Source of the DNA: Octopus vulgaris | Taxonomy: Eukaryota | Assembly: GCA_951406725.2 (NCBI GenBank) | Contig: OX597832.1 | Span: 5,394,001-5,458,000, forward strand | Reading direction: 5' to 3' | Length of the DNA stretch: 64,000 nt | Shown here: positions 38,402 to 51,713 of the stretch, in pieces | Layout: each line of letters begins with the position of its first letter | Position numbering within the stretch: position 1 is the first letter of the stretch | Notes under the pieces: generated by a model | Database searches by the model: none | What the model saw: the letters and a program-made list of their open reading frames with translations, nothing else | What the model was told of the DNA's origin: nothing | Program-made: the position numbers and the translations under genes

Positions 38402-38692
38402 TATAACATAAGGAGGATCAGCCATCTATCTGAATGTGGCTAGGGACAGGGCGGGGTGGTGGGTGTGTTACTGATGCATTTAGCCCCAGGCGATCATCGA
38501 CGTCACCAGAAGGGCTGACACCATCACGGTGTCCTTGCCAGGCTGATCTCCCTTTGCAGGCTGGCAAGGACACCGTGATGGTGTCAGCCCTTCTGGTGAC
38601 GTCGATGATCGCATGGGGCTAAATGCATCAGTAACACACCCACCACCCCGCCCTGTCCCTAGCCACATTCAGATGACTGATCTCCCTTATGT

Positions 38693-38696
<4 letters not shown>
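38402..38696. repeat. Long GC-rich palindrome in (TA)n
   Basis: 38428-38541 vs 38561-38674 inverted with one mismatch; looser pairing to 38402/38696. Confidence 0.95.
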
Positions 38697-38729
<33 letters not shown>

Positions 38730-38767
38730 GTATTATATCTCTAAAACTCGTCGTTGGAATTAACTCA

Positions 38768-39360
38768 AATCCGAGTAGTTAATCTGTAGCCAGTGATTGT
38801 GGCTGTTCAGGCCAAGGGTGGTACAGAGGTGACGGAGGGCATCTATCGCGGGGGAAGGTTGGCAGGGGACGAGGAAGTGCGATCTCTGTCTCTTGATGTC
38901 TGTTGTTTTCCATCTGGACCGTTTCCTTGACCATGACATGCCGCTCCTTTGGGCTGTCCTTGGCGATTGTGTCCTAGATATTTGGTATCTCTCTCTCTTT
39001 CTCTCTCTCCCTCCTCTCTCTCTATATATATGTAGGTACCTACCTACTTACATACCTGCCTACCGCTCTATCTCGTCATCATCGTCGTCGTCGGCATTAA
39101 CACGTATCCGAGTAGTTAATCTGTAACCAGTAATTTGTGCTTCTTCATCCTGATGGGTGTCAAGAGTATCGGTGTCTGGGGTGGCTGTTCAGGCTAAGGG
39201 AGATATAGAAGAGCCGGGGACATTTATCACAGGGGAGGGTTGGCAGGGGACGAGGAAGTGTGAGTCGCTCAGTGCATCTTCGACGTCTGACCTCTGCCTC
39301 TTGACGTCAGGTATTTTCCATCTGATCCGTTCCCCTGACGATGACATGCCGCCACTCCTT
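38768..39360 (-). mobile_element. Two related LINE-like 3'-end fragments
   Basis: 38768-38950 resembles 39106-39360; minus strand reads WRHVIVRG..RQEAEVRRRR like RTE C-termini. Confidence 0.5.
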
Positions 39361-39565
39361 ATCTTGAAAACTAAATCCCATTAAATGAATGGGATAAAGC
39401 AAAAGAAAAGAAGATTTGGTTCCTAACTTAGGTACATGACCTCAAATTTGAGATATGGCGATACCCGATTAAATCGACCACGCTACTGAACTTGCACTTA
39501 CTCGTATCGGCCACTTTGCCGCGCTTGCTAATTCACAGGGGCGTAAACGAACCATCAGCTGTTGT

Positions 39566-39607
<42 letters not shown>

Positions 39608-39704
39608 TGTGTGTCTGTGTATGTGTGACAACCACAAATACAAAGATATACACACATACGACAGGTTAATGTGTGTTTGTCTGTGTGTGCTTGTGTTTGT
39701 GTAT

Positions 39705-40100
39705 ATGTGGCTGTGTGGTAAGTAGCTTGCTTACGAACCACATGGTTCCAAGTGCAGTCCCACTGCGTGGCACCTAGGGCAAGTTTCTTCTACTATAGCG
39801 TCGGGCCGACCAAATCCTTGTGAGTGGATTTAGTAGACGGAAACTGAAAGAAGCTCGTCGTATATGTGTATATATGTGTGTATGTATGTGTGTATATATC
39901 TGTGTGTCTGTGTTTGACCTGTGTTTGACAACCGATGCTGGTGTGTTTACGTCCCCGTAACTTAGCGGTTCAGCAAAAGAGATCGATAGAATAAGTACTA
40001 GGCTTACAAATAATGAGTCCTGGAGTCGATATGCTCGACTAAAAAGGGCGGTGCTCCAGCATGGCCACAATCAAATGACTGAAACAAGTAAAAGAGTAAA
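39705..40100 (+). mobile_element. SINE family B
   Basis: Near-complete copy. Confidence 0.9.
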
Positions 40101-40331
40101 GAGAAAGAGAGAGTACCTATATGTGTGTTTCTTTGTATTTGTCCACTCCCCACCGCTTGAGAACCGTTATTTGTTTACGTCTCCCTTAATTTAACGATCC
40201 GGCAAAATAACCGACAGAATAATGCTCCAGACTAAAAAAAAAAAAGAAAGTACTGGGGTCAATTTATTCAGCTAGATCCTTCGAGACAGTATTCCAGCAT
40301 GACTGCAATCCAATGACTGAAACATGTACAA

Positions 40332-40847
40332 CAGGGGTGGGGAAACCCTCGCGCGCAGGTGCAATTGCGCCCGCAGTCCCGTTTTATTGTGCTCGCAGGC
40401 TGATATACTCATATGTACAAAATATATTAAATTTTCCAATCAAAATTTATACAATATTCGTATACCTATTTGCGACATGGGTCGCGTTTCCACTACGACT
40501 TAAAATGGTCAGAAATCGTCCGGTAATTGCCATTTGAATGAAAATTTTGTTTTCACTATAAAACACATAGTGCTAAGTTTATACCACCTCCTTGAGACCC
40601 AACTACACTTTAAGGGAAAAAAATAGAATACCTCATAAGTATAAACGTCCTAAATTCAGTGGCGGTCTAAATGAAGATGATTGCATGTTAATTTAATCTG
40701 TTAAACTTATCTTTATTAATGTATATCAAATTATATATAGATATATACAAGATTTACACAGATATAAGAGTTAGAACCTGTGATCCGCCCGCAGACTTTT
40801 TCTTGGGAAATTTTTGTCCGCAACACTAAAAAGTTTCCCCACCCCTG
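40332..40847. mobile_element. hAT-type MITE
   Basis: 15-bp TIR CAGGGGTGGGGAAAC / GTTTCCCCACCCCTG; 8-bp TSD ATGTACAA (40324-40331, 40848-40855). Confidence 0.95.
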
Positions 40848-40867
40848 ATGTACAAGATGAAAGACAA

Positions 40868-41400
40868 GACATATACCCACGTTTCATCACCTGCTTTGAC
40901 ACTTTCCAGAAAGTTTTCATCAAGATTCGAACAATCAAACAGCTTTTGACTGACTGTGATTCTGGTAGCGGCCTCTGCCATCTGTCGGTAGACGTGATGT
41001 AAATTTTACAGTAAGTAGATCCAGCTTGAATATTCCTTTCAAAATTTTGTGACACGAACTATTGCAAACGCCTAGTCTTTCGGGAACTTTAGGTGCAGTC
41101 AGGCGGCGATTTTCACGGATCACGGTACATAATTTCATAAATGCGACCGTAGTCCTTCATCATAAAAAGGTCATCCAGATTCGAGCCTTCGTTGGATTCT
41201 TTTCACGTTTTGAAAGATTGATACCACTCCTGACATTTCGTACTGCTTAATAAATCTTTTTCATAGATCTGTTCCAATATTACATAAAATTCCAGCAAAA
41301 GATTAATCTGATTCGAAATAAAATTTCGCACAGTTATTTTTCTCTTCCAAATTGTTCATTGTTCAGTTTGTGCAAACGAATCGCTTAGTACAAACACATG
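40868..41400 (-). mobile_element. Mariner transposase relic
   Basis: VIRENRRLT..LGVCNSSCHKIL (HTH) and KAGDETWVY. Confidence 0.75.
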
Positions 41401-42020
41401 GACACAGTAACATGTCAATGACTTACTGACAAGTCCGGACCTGGGTATTCTTAGACTCACAATCCCGACTCACTCATACACAGCAGAGCAGTTTCGAGCA
41501 TGCTACGACTACTGGTAGACGTGTTCTTCTGAAATGTATAACTCGTGAAAGATCAAGAGGTCAGCTTATTCTTATAAATTTCTTATTGCAACAGGCTAGA
41601 ACAACAGAACGATGACAAGTGGCAAAATGTGGATTCAGTTTCGAATCCTGGCTCAGAAATTTGATACCTGTTTGCTTGTTTACTACATGTGATTGTGTGT
41701 GTATGTGTGTGTGTAGTATGTATGTATGTATGTATGTATGTATGTATGTATGTATGTATGTATGTATGTATGTATATATATATATATATATATATATGAG
41801 CGTGTGTGTATCTAATATGCATGCGTACATAGCAATATATGGATATATAAGTATATACATATGTATTCCCACATGCATATAGTATAACCCCATTTTCTCT
41901 CTCACACATACATATACACACATACGAAACGTACGTACATATATATTAATGTCAGGCTTAAGAGACAACAAGATGCACAGATGAAAAGAGTGAGTATAAA
42001 TGGGACAGATTTATTATACA

Positions 42021-43350
42021 CTAACAGGAGTACCCGGCGTTGCTCGGGTATTAAATACTCGACAATGGTCTTAATAGGTTCTACCATTTTTTTCGTTATA
42101 CATATCTTTTAATATTATTTTACATTAAGTTGCAAACATTGACATTGAGGAAGAAGTGATTTTCCAATATGGCAATAATAGTACTCACTCACGATAAACC
42201 AGTTCGGCAGGAAAGCTGCAGTGTGGTGGACGGCCTACAGCACCTCACGGTAGACGAAATTTTCCGTCTTGGCTTTCGGGGCGAACACGAAAAGGATTTT
42301 TTTGCATCCGACTCTTGAGCTCCCGACGTATTATTGGCCGTGCGAGAAGCATGGTTGACCTAAATGGAGGCCTGTCGTTGATAGTGTTTGGCCTTGGGAC
42401 TTGTTGATAGACATGGCAAAGCAAAGTCGACACAAGGGACAGGGGCATTGTTTATCTGATGGAGTAAGAGGTTCCCTGGGTGTAAAGACTTTGTCTCAGA
42501 TGCCGCAACCCGTAAGAATTGTTGCTTCAATAACATGAGGCAGCACATTTTTTACCACTAACCGCGTTCCGTTCCATAGATGTGGTGGCTCCAGGTTCCT
42601 TAGTAGCATGACCGGAGCTCCAATTCAGTCAAAAATGAGGGATTTAAGGCCAAAAACCGGTTTTCTACCCAGTTTTTCGCAATTGTTGGTCATACGCAGA
42701 TGAATTCTGTGCAAATCGGAATCCCCTAACGTTATCCTCAGGATGAGCAAATTGTGTGTAAAGCTTGAACACAATCCACCGAAGCAGTGAGAAGTTTTTG
42801 AATATTTAAAAGGGGAAAAAAGTGTATAAAATCGATTTTTTTCACAGTTTTTCGAGGTTTTATGTCGCATAGGGTTGCTTTTGGACATAGAACAGATACT
42901 TCATAGAACCGCCGTTACATGGTGATGTTTTAGCCGTAAAAACCAAGGAAATCGAACTTTCCATTAAAAAGTTTTCTCATGTGTAAATTTCCAAAAATGC
43001 AAAAAAAAAATCGATTTTTTTCAAAGATTTTTGCTAATTTCTTGGGAATCAGAGGCCCCAAGGCAGTGCCAAAATATTTGCCTGAAATGTCGCAACATGA
43101 CGGTCCTTTTGACACCAAAATTATAAAAATCCGACGTTCCTATAAAAACCTTTTTCGCGTGCAACTTTGCCTTTTTTTATCGATTTTTCTCCTAGAAGCA
43201 GGTATCTCTCAGCATCGGTAATGTGGCAGTGACCTGCCTGGGTAAATTTGCCATTTAATAAAAAAAATTTCATCAAAATTGGATGAAAAATGTGGAAACG
43301 CATAAAAAGTATGCACACACACACATAATTTTGAGTTTTATAGATATAGA
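42021..43350 (-). mobile_element. Non-autonomous Helitron retaining a PIF1-like helicase C-terminal fragment
   Basis: 5' TC, 3' CCCGAGCAACGCCGGG hairpin + TTAG, A|T target; 42240-42630 reads GAPVMLLRNL..NGTRLVV..FAMSINKSQGQTL..CFSHGQ*YVGSSRVG. Confidence 0.92.
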
Positions 43351-43620
43351 TAGCGGTTTACAGTGGTTTCACAATTCGACTGACTAATGACTCAAATAGC
43401 GATTAAAACAAAGAATTTGTAGATATTTCTGTATTTATAAAGAATTTATCGTCTGTAATTTGCCTAATACTTGAATAAGCTTGGAGAGGTAAACTTTCAA
43501 ATCACAGGCAACCTCTTATGCATGCATACATACATACATACATACATACATACATACATACATACATACATACATACATACATACATACGCACGTACGTA
43601 TGCACATACACACAGAGTAC

Positions 43621-43663
<43 letters not shown>

Positions 43664-43777
43664 GCAGTTTGTTTTTATGTTATAAAAGCAATTTTACATT
43701 AAGGTGAAAGATAAGCAAGGCGGAAAACAAGTTTGTAGGGTGGTCTTCAAAAGAACGGACACTTAATTTATAAAGAA

Positions 43778-43861
43778 GTAGCAGTAATACCTGTCGTTGA
43801 TCGGGTAATTATTTTTACTCTTTCTCGGAAGCCACGTTCAAAGTGTTATTATATATATAGA
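43778..43861 (-). mobile_element. 84-bp minimal Helitron remnant
   Basis: 5' TCTATATATATAAT, 3' decayed CCCGATCAACGACAGG hairpin + CTAC, A|T flanks. Confidence 0.55.
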
Positions 43862-44313
43862 TTTACACTTCCTGTATGTGTGTATTTTATAAGAAGAAAA
43901 AAACATGTAGTAAGTGAAGTAGAAAAAAGATCAATTTCATACACGAATTTCTGTTTGTTTGTTATATGACTATAATAAGTGAGTTGTATGTGTTATTTTA
44001 TGTGAGTTGTATGTGTTATTTTATACATCAATACAGTAATGGCAATTATATAATACACAAGGCTTTGGTCGGCACGGAGTCGTAATGGAAGAGAATTGCC
44101 AACGTGCCGCACAGCGGGACTGGACCCAAGGCAACATGGTTGGAAAGCAAGCATCTCAACCACACGGCCATGCCGATAAAAGAAAGATGCATTTTGGATA
44201 ATACACTCCTTGATACAATATGCTTAACAAAAAGATGGGATGTTTACGGGCAAGAAGACCTTTAATTTTAATATTTACTCGAGCAACGCAACAACTAACA
44301 ACGCTACACCATA

Positions 44314-44760
44314 CAGGGTGTTCCAGAATTAACTGTTACAATGAAATTGAGCAAATCTTTTTAAAAAATGACAAAATTTTATGTTTATTACGAAAACAAA
44401 TAGATTTATAAATCTTACGTCAAACTTTTATTGAAATTTTTCAACCTGTCTGTATCCCTGCATACTTCAAATCTCTCCTTAGCGTTGTGAAACACATTTT
44501 AAAGCATTTCAGGAGTTAGCTCCTACGCTGCCAACTGAATGTGTTCTTTAAGCTCAGCTAAACGATTGCTCCATCTTGGGGGTGGAGGTAAAGAAAATGA
44601 TTGCTGCCAAATTGAAAAAAGCTGTCACGGACAAATAAGAAGGGTCAAAATTTATACACTTTTAACGCATATTAAACATGATAAACATAATTATAAAAGT
44701 GAATTTTAAAAAAAATGCATCCGATTTCACTCAAATCATCATTAATTCTCGGACACCTTG
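44314..44760. mobile_element. Tc1/mariner-type MITE
   Basis: TA-CAGGGTGTTCCAGAATTAA ... TTAATTCTCGGACACCTTG-TA. Confidence 0.75.
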
Positions 44761-46109
44761 TATTTACTCGTCCGTCTAAACGAAGACGGGAACACGTGGG
44801 GGGGGGGGGAACTAATTGCAGGTGGTGAGCGTTGTTGCATCCGGAAGTGGTCACGCGGTCAAACTCAAATGGTTGTGAGTCACAACTGCAGTTTGTTTTC
44901 TTGTATGAACATTTTGCATAGTTTAGACATGGATGACACAGAAAGCAGACATGCTGCGTTGCGCAGGATTGGAAACGTGAAACATCAACAGAGCACTTCT
45001 GGAGAATGGATGAATGGATTTGTTGTGCCTTTACCCAGTCGCACACACACGCGCATGGCCCGGTGGTGCGCGGGATGATAACATGAAGCATCAACAGGGC
45101 GCCGACAAAAATTTTAATGCTCTCATTTCCTCTGCCAAATTGGACAAAAAGGCTTTCATGAAATATTATTCGCTACTTATAATGCATAAGTAGTGTCAAT
45201 ATTTTATCATCGGAAAATGGCCTAAAGCAAAAATAAAACCCAGTGCTGTATACTCAAATCTGATTAATCTGCATTTTTGTGGGGCCAGAAATTTTTCTAG
45301 TCAACAGAAATTCGAGGAGCTTGATTAATGTTTGTTGTAAATTTGAAGGAAAGCAACTGGATACTCTTCAAATCGCGGGCCTTAACGCTGCGAAAATGCT
45401 TTCATAATGTGGTTTATCTGCCCCTGGGCCCGCATTAAGCAAAAAGTTGAAATTTGTTTTTGTGCATGACACTCCATGGACCCTATGTAATGCATGTGTA
45501 AAATTTCATTAAAATCGGTTAGGTGGATCTCGATTTTTAACGACATGACAAACACAGACAGACACATCCTGTGTCTTATATATATAGAGTATGCACCTTG
45601 TTGGAAAAAATTGGAAATGTGAAAGGAAAATGAGTCTAAGTGACTATTTGTGAAAAAGAAAGAAAGAAAGAAAAATATATCTTCGTATTTTATCAAAGCA
45701 AATAAACTGATGTATTGGTTTGTTTTTGCATAAAGAGTTCATATGAAGTGGAATAAGTTAGTTTAGGACAGTATCAGATACTTAGTATTGTAAACATACT
45801 GGCGTAGAAATAGATTAATAATGAATAAAAGATAAAGTGGAAGAATATAAAAGTGAAAGTGTTTAGCAAACAAACTGGAAATACGCGCAACAACTTTAAA
45901 TGTAGCTTCAAAACAAATAGATGTCATCCTAATCTTTAATCAAAACCAACCTCACGTAATTAATTCACTATATTATCTTTTTGAAGTTTTTGAAGAAGTA
46001 GCACCTTAAGTGAAAGTGGAGGCGCGTGGCTTAGTGGTTAGAGTGTTGGACTCATGGTTGTAAGACTGTGGTTTCTCAGCTGACAAAAATGTGTAATCCT
46101 GCGACGGAC

Positions 46110-46649
46110 GTTGCTAGAAGTGCAGGTGAAGGAGTTAGTTATATGATAGGGACAATGATGGGTGGCTGTGAGGATGGTGGTGTTGGAGAGGTAGGGGCAA
46201 GTGCGGCAGCGTCGGCGGAAACAGGAGAACGAGCTGGATTGGGAGGTAGGGTTAGGGAAGAAACTGTGGACCAGGAGGTCACATAGGTTGTGGGCTCGTT
46301 TGAAGGGGGGAAGGGGTAGGTTGGGGAAGATGTGCGAAGTGGAGGTGTCGGACTGGAGTCGCCGGAAGGCTCGGAGACGTAGGATGGAGGGGTGGTAGGT
46401 GAGGGGAAACGGGAGAGGGTAACGACGAGGCGGGTGCGGGGCGAGAGAGCAGATGCACGGTCCACGGAACGTGATCTGGCAAGGGCGGTGTGGATAGTGG
46501 TGAGGGGATATCCACGAAGGATGAAGTGGTGAGCCATGTGTTGAGACTGAGTTTCAAAGTCATGGTTGTCATTACAGAGCCTGGGCAGACGGAGGAATTG
46601 GGAGTAGGGGATGGAGAGTTTGGTGTGTTTGGGGTGGGAGGGGGAGAAG

Positions 46650-46655
<6 letters not shown>
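46110..46655 (-). mobile_element. Penelope-like ORF fragment (RT thumb, linker, start of GIY-YIG region)
   Basis: SHPKHTKLSIPYSQFLRLPRLC..FILRGYP..PLTYHP..FKRAHNLCDLLVHS..CFRRRCRTCP..FTCTSSNV; abuts (TA)n. Confidence 0.9.
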
Positions 46656-46693
<38 letters not shown>

Positions 46694-46878
46694 TATTTAT
46701 GTATGTATGTATGTATGTATGTATAATTTATAATTAGAGAAAAACCACTATTATGCAATTCAAACAATGATAAACATAAACCAAATCATAAATAAAAAAT
46801 AAAGTATATTTTTTAAAACACATAACAAAAGATCACAAAAAGCACAAAATGAATAAACAATATATAATAAGTAAAGAA

Positions 46879-46979
46879 AACTACGTACGTTTCATGGCTA
46901 TAATTAAATTCGAATTACAATTATATTTAAATTTAATCGAAAAACAATTCAATTTGAAATTATAGTCACTCTTCAGGTT
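46879..46979 (-). ncRNA. Type I hammerhead ribozyme with extended stem II
   Basis: AAC-CTGAAGA-GTGACTATAATT...AATTATAGCCAT-GAAA-CGTACG-TA-GTT; intact core, palindromic stem III. Confidence 0.85.
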
Positions 46980-47010
46980 AACATTAATAACAATATTAGT
47001 TAAATAAATC

Positions 47011-47270
47011 AATTGCAGCGTGGAAGGTGTTTATAAGCCATTTAAGAAACACACAAAAACCGTTAGATTCACTTCAACATTTATATTTAATTTGTCAAAA
47101 ATAAATATAAATATAAATATAAATGTTGAAGTGAATCTAACGGTTTTTGTGTGTTTCTTAAATGGCTTAAAAACACCTTCCACGCTGCAATTGTTTTCGT
47201 TCTAGCACACGATCTCAGATCAAGTCACTCGCTGTGCAAGTACATCTCCGTAAAGTTAAATAAATAATAT
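47011..47270. mobile_element. Asymmetric fold-back mini-element (PLE-like)
   Basis: 47011-47078 = rc(about 47115-47191), near-identical; right arm continues ~75 bp to a TA run. Confidence 0.7.
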
Positions 47271-47326
47271 ATATATACTTGGAAATGAATGCATTGCGTT
47301 CAATTAAATAATTAATAAATAATATA

Positions 47327-47391
<65 letters not shown>

Positions 47392-47588
47392 ATATATACA
47401 AATATATATACACATGCATATATAGGTACAGGATGTCACCAATGGTGCAAGTAACATGAAATGCGTAATATATATATATATATCGTTAGTTAGGAAATTG
47501 AATATCAATATAAGGCGGCGAGGTGGCAGAATTACTATCACGTCGGATAAAATGCGTAGCGGTATTTCGTTCGGTGTTTAAATATATA

Positions 47589-47624
<36 letters not shown>

Positions 47625-47646
47625 TGTATGTATGTATGTATGTATG

Positions 47647-47701
<55 letters not shown>

Positions 47702-48311
47702 TCTCCATTGCTTCGAACTTCTCATTCACTACTTATTCTATTACTATTTAATGTACAGAACTCCTATTAAAAACAGCCTTATCAGCCAGGTATGAAGACC
47801 TAGTCAGAGTAAAACATTTCTGATTCTTTAATCTATATTTGTCTTGTATTCTTTTAAGAAAATAAATTCGCTCTTTCTAATAAATATCATACCTAAGTTA
47901 CTTCCCTTTAACTAGGTAGTCATTCCCCCCTCTCACCCCTAAATCATTTTTTATTACCTTTTAGAATGACTATTTCAAATGAAATATATTCACAGAGCAA
48001 TTTAATTCAGTTTTAGTTCAATATAATGTTTTACATCAAGATGTAGCGCTTTCGTTTTTTTTTCTTTTACTTTAACACAAAACCTTAAAACTGTCTGTGA
48101 GTAATTTATTTCAGGTGAAATCTGTGAAAAACAAACAAATTCTTCCATTTATTTGTTATTTCCATGAAGGTACAAGTTCTATTTGACAAATAGGCTTTAG
48201 ATTAATTTCTCTTCATGTTCGCAATCTTATATGTATATATATATATACGTTTTAAAATGCTAATTTATAAAACTTTTCTCCTCATTTGTGTGTGTGTGTG
48301 TGTGTGTGTAC

Positions 48312-48383
<72 letters not shown>

Positions 48384-48881
48384 GTTACTCTTTCTAATCA
48401 TTCGTTTCTTTCTCCACTTTTATCTTTCTTGAATCACTATTCCAGACCTCAGTATCTTATCTCTGCACTTCTCTCTCTCCCTCCCTCTCTCTCTCTCTCC
48501 CCTCTCTCTCCTTATTCACTTTTTTTTTCATCACTCCTACATCCACTTGTAAACATTACTTATCTGATCTATTTATCAAATTTCAGACGTGAAGTAGCGA
48601 TCTAGGTGTCATGTCTAATGCACACATATCGTCGACATTTTATTTTGCTTTTCGTCCGAGATAAAAACTCTTACAGATATATTATGACACAGAAAGAGAA
48701 ACACAATATTTATCGAAGAGAGACTAAAAATCGTCCTGGCAGCGGCAAGCAAAAACACCAGATACATTTCGTTCTTGGGCTCTATTAATGACGTGTACAC
48801 GCAGCCACATACCAAAACGAAATTTGTCACCTCTACTACGTAGGAAACAGGGAATATTATTACATCCAATAATATTGCAAA

Positions 48882-49185
48882 TGTGGAGGCGCAATGGCCC
48901 AGTGGTTAGGGCAGCAGAGTCGCGGTCGGAGGAACGCGGTTTCGATTCCCAGACCGGGCGTTGTGTGTTTATTGGGCGAAAACACCTAAAGCACCACGAG
49001 TCTCCGGCAGGGGATGGTGGTTACCCCTGTTGTACTCTTTCGCCCCAACTTTCTCTCACTCTTTCTTCCTGTTTCTTGAGTAATGCTGCGATGGACTGGC
49101 GTCCCGTCCAGCTGGGAGGAACACATACGCCATAGCAACAAGGAAACCAGGCCCATGAGCCTGGCTAGGCTTGAAAAGGGCGCAG
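48882..49185 (+). mobile_element. tRNA-derived SINE family C
   Basis: TGGCCCAGTGG A box, GTTTCGATTCC B box. Confidence 0.9.
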
Positions 49186-49714
49186 AGAAGAATATTGCAA
49201 ATAGTCGTTAGGCCGAATAAAAATCTGTTGTACGCAATTGTAGCAATATTAAATTGAAATAATAATCTATGTATCACACTTAATGTACTACAGTGTTGAC
49301 AGGTAAGCAGCTACTGCTTCAATTGCATACAAGAAATATTTAAATATTTATTTCACCCAACGGCTATTCACAGTGTCAATGCACATGTTATTCATTGTTT
49401 CTTATGTATCAGAAATGACAAATTTCATTTAGGCATGTGGCTACAAGTACACGTCATTAATAAGCCCTAAGAAAACCGAAGTGCAACAGATATTCTCGCT
49501 AGCCGCTGCCTGGATAATTTTTCGTCTCCCTTCGATATGTCATGCGTTTTTAGCATAGCCCCACTATAAGAGACGTTTAACTTGAACGAAAACTACAGTA
49601 TGAGACTAACTGAAGAAGGCAACCGGATGGAAACTTCTAAGTTACCATTACACTTCTCAGTATAAATACAGATTTCATCTCTAACAGAAATTTTCTTAAC
49701 GTACTGATTTGCTA

Positions 49715-50722
49715 CAGTCGTCTTCAAGATTATTCATACCCTTGTTAATTTTTGTGATTTAAAATTTTTTTTGTGATGAAATGAATGCATTTTGTCAAGT
49801 TTGTTTATGAGTTATGTGACCAACAAGTGAAAGAATAACAGCAATACACAATTCAAGAAATTCTTCATTTCAGGGGCATTTTATTCATGGATTTTCAAAA
49901 AGTGCCATGTTCAAAATTATTCATACCGTAGGTTCACTGAGTCTAATATCTTCCTTTAATAGCCAATATCATAGTCTTTGTTTTTTTATGACTGCTTCTA
50001 GACGATTCTTGTACGTGTCCACAAGCTTCCTGCATGTCTCCTGTGGAATGTTGGCCCACTCTTCCTTGCTGAAAGCCTCAAGCTCGGTCAGGATGGTTGG
50101 TTTCCCAGCAATCACTCTGGTCTTCAAGTCTCACCACAAGTTCTCGATCGGATTCAGATCAGGACTCTGATTAGGCAATTCTAGGACATCATTTTTCTTG
50201 AACCGTTTCTTCACTACCTTGATGGTATGTTTCGGATCATTGCCTGCTGGTACTTCCAGTTGTGACCGAATTGGAGCTTCTCAACGGATTCCTTCACGTT
50301 TTCATCAAGGATCTTGATGTAATCTTCCTTTCTCATGATCCACTGGACTTTGACAAGGTTCCCTGTGCCGCTGGAAGAGAAACATCCCCATAGCATTATG
50401 TTTCCATCACCATTCTTGACGGTGGGAAACAATGTTCTTCGCCTTATATCCTTCTTTCTTCCTCCAGACCTATTCAGTGTCCATATGGCCAAATAACTCC
50501 AACTTCGTCTCATCAGATCAAAAGCTGAGATCTTGCTTCAGATGACCTTATTTGGCCATATGGATGCTAAATTTCTTGAATTGTGTATTGTTGATATTCT
50601 TTCACTTGTTGGTCACGTAACTCATAAACAAACTTCACAAAATGTATTCATTTCATCACAAAAGTAAAAAAAAATCACAAAAATTAACAAGGGTATGAAA
50701 AATTTTTAGGACGAAAAATTTT
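49715..50722 (-). mobile_element. Internally deleted Tc1 element with long TIRs
   Basis: ~150-bp inverted ends; [34 protein letters not shown]. Confidence 0.93.
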
Positions 50723-50924
50723 GTAGCAAAAGAAAAAACAGTATTCGTACTATTACATGTATCCATAGTATAATGTGTGTGTGTGTGTGTATGTGTGTGT
50801 GTGTGTGCGCGCGCGTGTGTTTTATTTTTTTCGTTTTTATAAACCATGATAATCATTTAGGCCGTGTTTGTGATTATTATGTGAGATTTTTCTCTCTGTC
50901 TCATTCGGCATTTAGTAATATTAA

Positions 50925-51138
50925 TTTCAAATTTTGGCACAATGCCAGCAATTTCGTTGGAGAGGTTAAGTCATTTACATCGAGCCTAATATTCAACTGG
51001 TACTTAATTTATCGACCCCTAAAGGATGAAAGGTAAAGTTGACCACGGTGGAATTTGAACTCAGAACGTAAAGACGGACGAAGTGCCGCCAAGAATTTTG
51101 TCGGGCGTACTAACGATTCTGCCAGTTCGTCGCCTTAC
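50925..51138 (-). mobile_element. SINE family A
   Basis: Family motifs on minus strand. Confidence 0.8.
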
Positions 51139-51671
51139 GCTACTTATTTAATATTGTTCATTGTAAATAGCCAGCACCAAATATCTTTAATAAATATTTC
51201 AGTTAAATGTTTGCAAGTTTGCCTCAGTTATAACTCACGCAGTCAACGAAATATACTTTCATTGACCAGCTTAACTCGAGTGAAGGCAAGCATCCAGCAA
51301 CAATATGCTACAAAGAAAGGCCACAGGTGTAAGTATTATGTTACAGTTTTTCTCTAGACTTTAATATCCTGCTTTACCTGAACTTAAGTAATCAATGAAA
51401 GGAAAAAAGAGTAAACGAAATTAAAATAATGTTATATGAAACTCGGACAAGGCCAACACGTAACAAAAATTGTTCAGACAGGTATTTGCACAAATTTCCC
51501 CTAATTTACGTAACATCCTTGTTCAAATATATTTGTAAAGAAGTCTATCAGACACCCATATTATACATGCCTAATACAATGTCTTCAGATACGTCTAGTT
51601 AGATAAATAAGAGTGAGGGGAAATGGGAAGATTTATTCGTGTATCGTACATGTCCAGTATACGCATGTGTA

Positions 51672-51713
<42 letters not shown>

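Noticed and set aside
38434-38668. Mirror-image ORFs MWLGTGRGGG on both strands
   Set aside because: A consequence of the palindrome.
44790-45110. Second GC-rich patch with CACGTG, CCGGAAGT and TGAGTCA motifs
   Set aside because: Lies among transposon relics; short motifs alone do not support a regulatory call.
48882-48960. tRNA-like A and B boxes (also at 52832 and about 4040)
   Set aside because: SINE heads continuing into SINE bodies; no complete cloverleaf.
49610-49650. CTGAAGA..GAAA-CTTCTAAG-TT
   Set aside because: No stem I or stem II pairing.
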